A stretch of 64,000 nt of DNA, from NCBI GenBank assembly GCA_963718285.1, contig CAVQYU010000001.1:11799-75798 (forward strand). The letters run 5' to 3'. A program made the translations under genes and the position numbers. The DNA is from an uncultured Chloroflexia bacterium (lineage in GTDB: Bacteria; Chloroflexota; Limnocylindria; Limnocylindrales; CSP1-4). The notes beneath the pieces are model-generated. The model had not been told where the DNA came from, made no database searches, and saw only the letters and a program-made list of their open reading frames with translations. Below, one piece after another: positions 62,998 through 64,000 of the stretch (the stretch's first letter is position 1; each line of letters opens with the position of its first letter).

Positions 62998-64000
62998 CCC
63001 AGGAGCCGCTGAACCAGGAGCCGGCCAGGGCGGAGCCAGCGAGCCCGAGCCAGTCAGCGAGCTCGAGCCCGAGCCAGTCAGCGAGCTCGCCCGCCACCGG
63101 CAGCCGGCCCGAGTGGGGCCAAGCGGGGCGCCGGCGTCGGCGCGCCGACGGCGGTCGGGGCTGGTGGGGACCACCGGACGGCCGTGCCGGTGCCAACGGG
63201 CCCTGGACAGGCCCGCCGCCCTGGACGGCCAACGGACCGTGGGGCCAGCCGGGTTGGAACGGTCCGCCCCGGCGCTGGTTCCTGCGCCGCTTCGCCGGGC
63301 TCGTGATCGGCCTGCTCCTGTTCGTCGTGCTTCTCGCCGCCATCGGCGGTTTTGTCTTCGCCTCGATCCTCGGCCTGCTCGGTCCCGACCGGCCCGGCCA
63401 GGAGGGAGCCACGGTCGTCATCCGGCTGGGCGGTGTCGCCCTGGTCGTCCTCGGCCTGGCCGCCGTCGTGAGCCGGATCCGGACCGTGGCCGGGCCGATC
63501 GACGAGATGGTCGAGGCGACCCGGCGGGTTGGCTCGGGCGACTACGCCGTGCGCGTCCGACCGCCTCGGCGCGGGCCGCGCGAGCTGGGCGAGCTGGCCG
63601 CGGGCTTCAACACGATGGCCGAGCGGCTGGAGGTCGACGAACGCCAGCGGCGCTCGCTGCTGGCCGACGTGAGCCACGAGCTGCGCAATCCACTGGCCGT
63701 CGTGCGGGGCAACCTGGAGGCGATCATCGACGGCGTCCACCCGGCCGACCAGGCCCACCTGGCCTCGATCCTCGACGAGACCCTCGTCCTGGGCCGGCTG
63801 GTCGAAGACCTCCGAACGGTGGCCCTGTCCGAGGCCGGCACGCTCGCCCTCCACCGCGAGCCGACCGACCTGGGCCTCCTGATCCACGAGGCGGCCCGCT
63901 CGTTCGAGACGATGGCTGCGGCGGCGAGCGTCGGCATCGAGGTCTCGCCGTCGACCGACGCGCCCGACCTGCCGGCGCTCGATGTTGACCCGGTCCGGAT
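62994..64000 (+). CDS. sensor histidine kinase (HAMP + HisKA), 3' end outside the window
   Basis: GTG at 62994 (GTGA overlap with the regulator). The frame is open to the window end: a W/G/P-rich N-terminus, a TM helix (FAGLVIGLLLFVVLLAAIGGFVFASILGLL), HAMP (ELAAGFNTMAERL) and the H-box LLADVSHELRNPLAVV. Confidence 0.85.
   Translation, partial: MTQEPLNQEPARAEPASPSQSASSSPSQSASSPATGSRPEWGQAGRRRRRADGGRGWWGPPDGRAGANGPWTGPPPWTANGPWGQPGWNGPPRRWFLRRFAGLVIGLLLFVVLLAAIGGFVFASILGLLGPDRPGQEGATVVIRLGGVALVVLGLAAVVSRIRTVAGPIDEMVEATRRVGSGDYAVRVRPPRRGPRELGELAAGFNTMAERLEVDERQRRSLLADVSHELRNPLAVVRGNLEAIIDGVHPADQAHLASILDETLVLGRLVEDLRTVALSEAGTLALHREPTDLGLLIHEAARSFETMAAAASVGIEVSPSTDAPDLPALDVDPVR
63041..63088. repeat. 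perfect 24-bp tandem duplication inside the kinase 5' region
   Basis: gagcccgagccagtcagcgagctc at 63041..63064 and again at 63065..63088. It encodes a duplicated EPEPVSEL... / SPSQSASS-type stretch, depending on the frame. Confidence 0.8.

Overview
This is a very GC-rich (about 70% by eye) chromosomal segment with an Actinomycetota-like gene set. I found no integrase, transposase, CRISPR array or recognisable defence genes.

Gene content, in order:
- Start of the dcw cluster (mraZ, rsmH), then RNase P RNA and an RNase H gene.
- sdhCDAB, divergent from sucCD.
- Two tandem DinB-family genes and an orphan ABC ATPase.
- A minus-strand methylmalonyl-pathway operon: pccB, biotin carboxylase/BCCP subunit, mutase large subunit, epimerase.
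- parAB, then UbiA, HAD and LemA-type genes.
- A sugar ABC transporter divergent from deoR-galT-galK-galM.
- A DUF5666-like secreted protein and an S53 sedolisin.
- An LLM oxidoreductase with its FMN reductase partner.
- An EXLDI protein with a DrrAB-like exporter.
- A membrane-anchored hydrolase with a histidine kinase and two response regulators.
- tRNA-Asn, a rhodanese and an XRE-family gene.
- A minus-strand block: SARP regulator, DUF4328, dnaG, rpoD.
- An ABC-2 exporter, corA, amt and a DEAD-box helicase.
- A Gly/His-rich membrane protein with an OmpR-type two-component system.

Observations most worth follow-up:
1. Two inverted copies of a ~183-bp element, each made of four palindromes spaced about 50 bp apart, bracket the SARP-dnaG-rpoD block.
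2. Two perfect palindromes sharing a TGTCAAG/CTTGACA core sit on the predicted dnaG promoter.
3. Frame disruptions are numerous and strongly clustered. They break essential genes (sdh, rsmH, suc) and the whole sugar/gal locus, while several 1.6-2 kb genes are intact. The junctions I inspected lie at short G/C runs, so I read these as assembly indels rather than real pseudogenes, but only read data can decide.
4. A clear MraZ operator: three AAGTGG boxes at a 10-bp period next to a near-consensus promoter.

All coordinates of frameshifted genes are approximate, and every family assignment comes from motif recognition by eye, not from a search.
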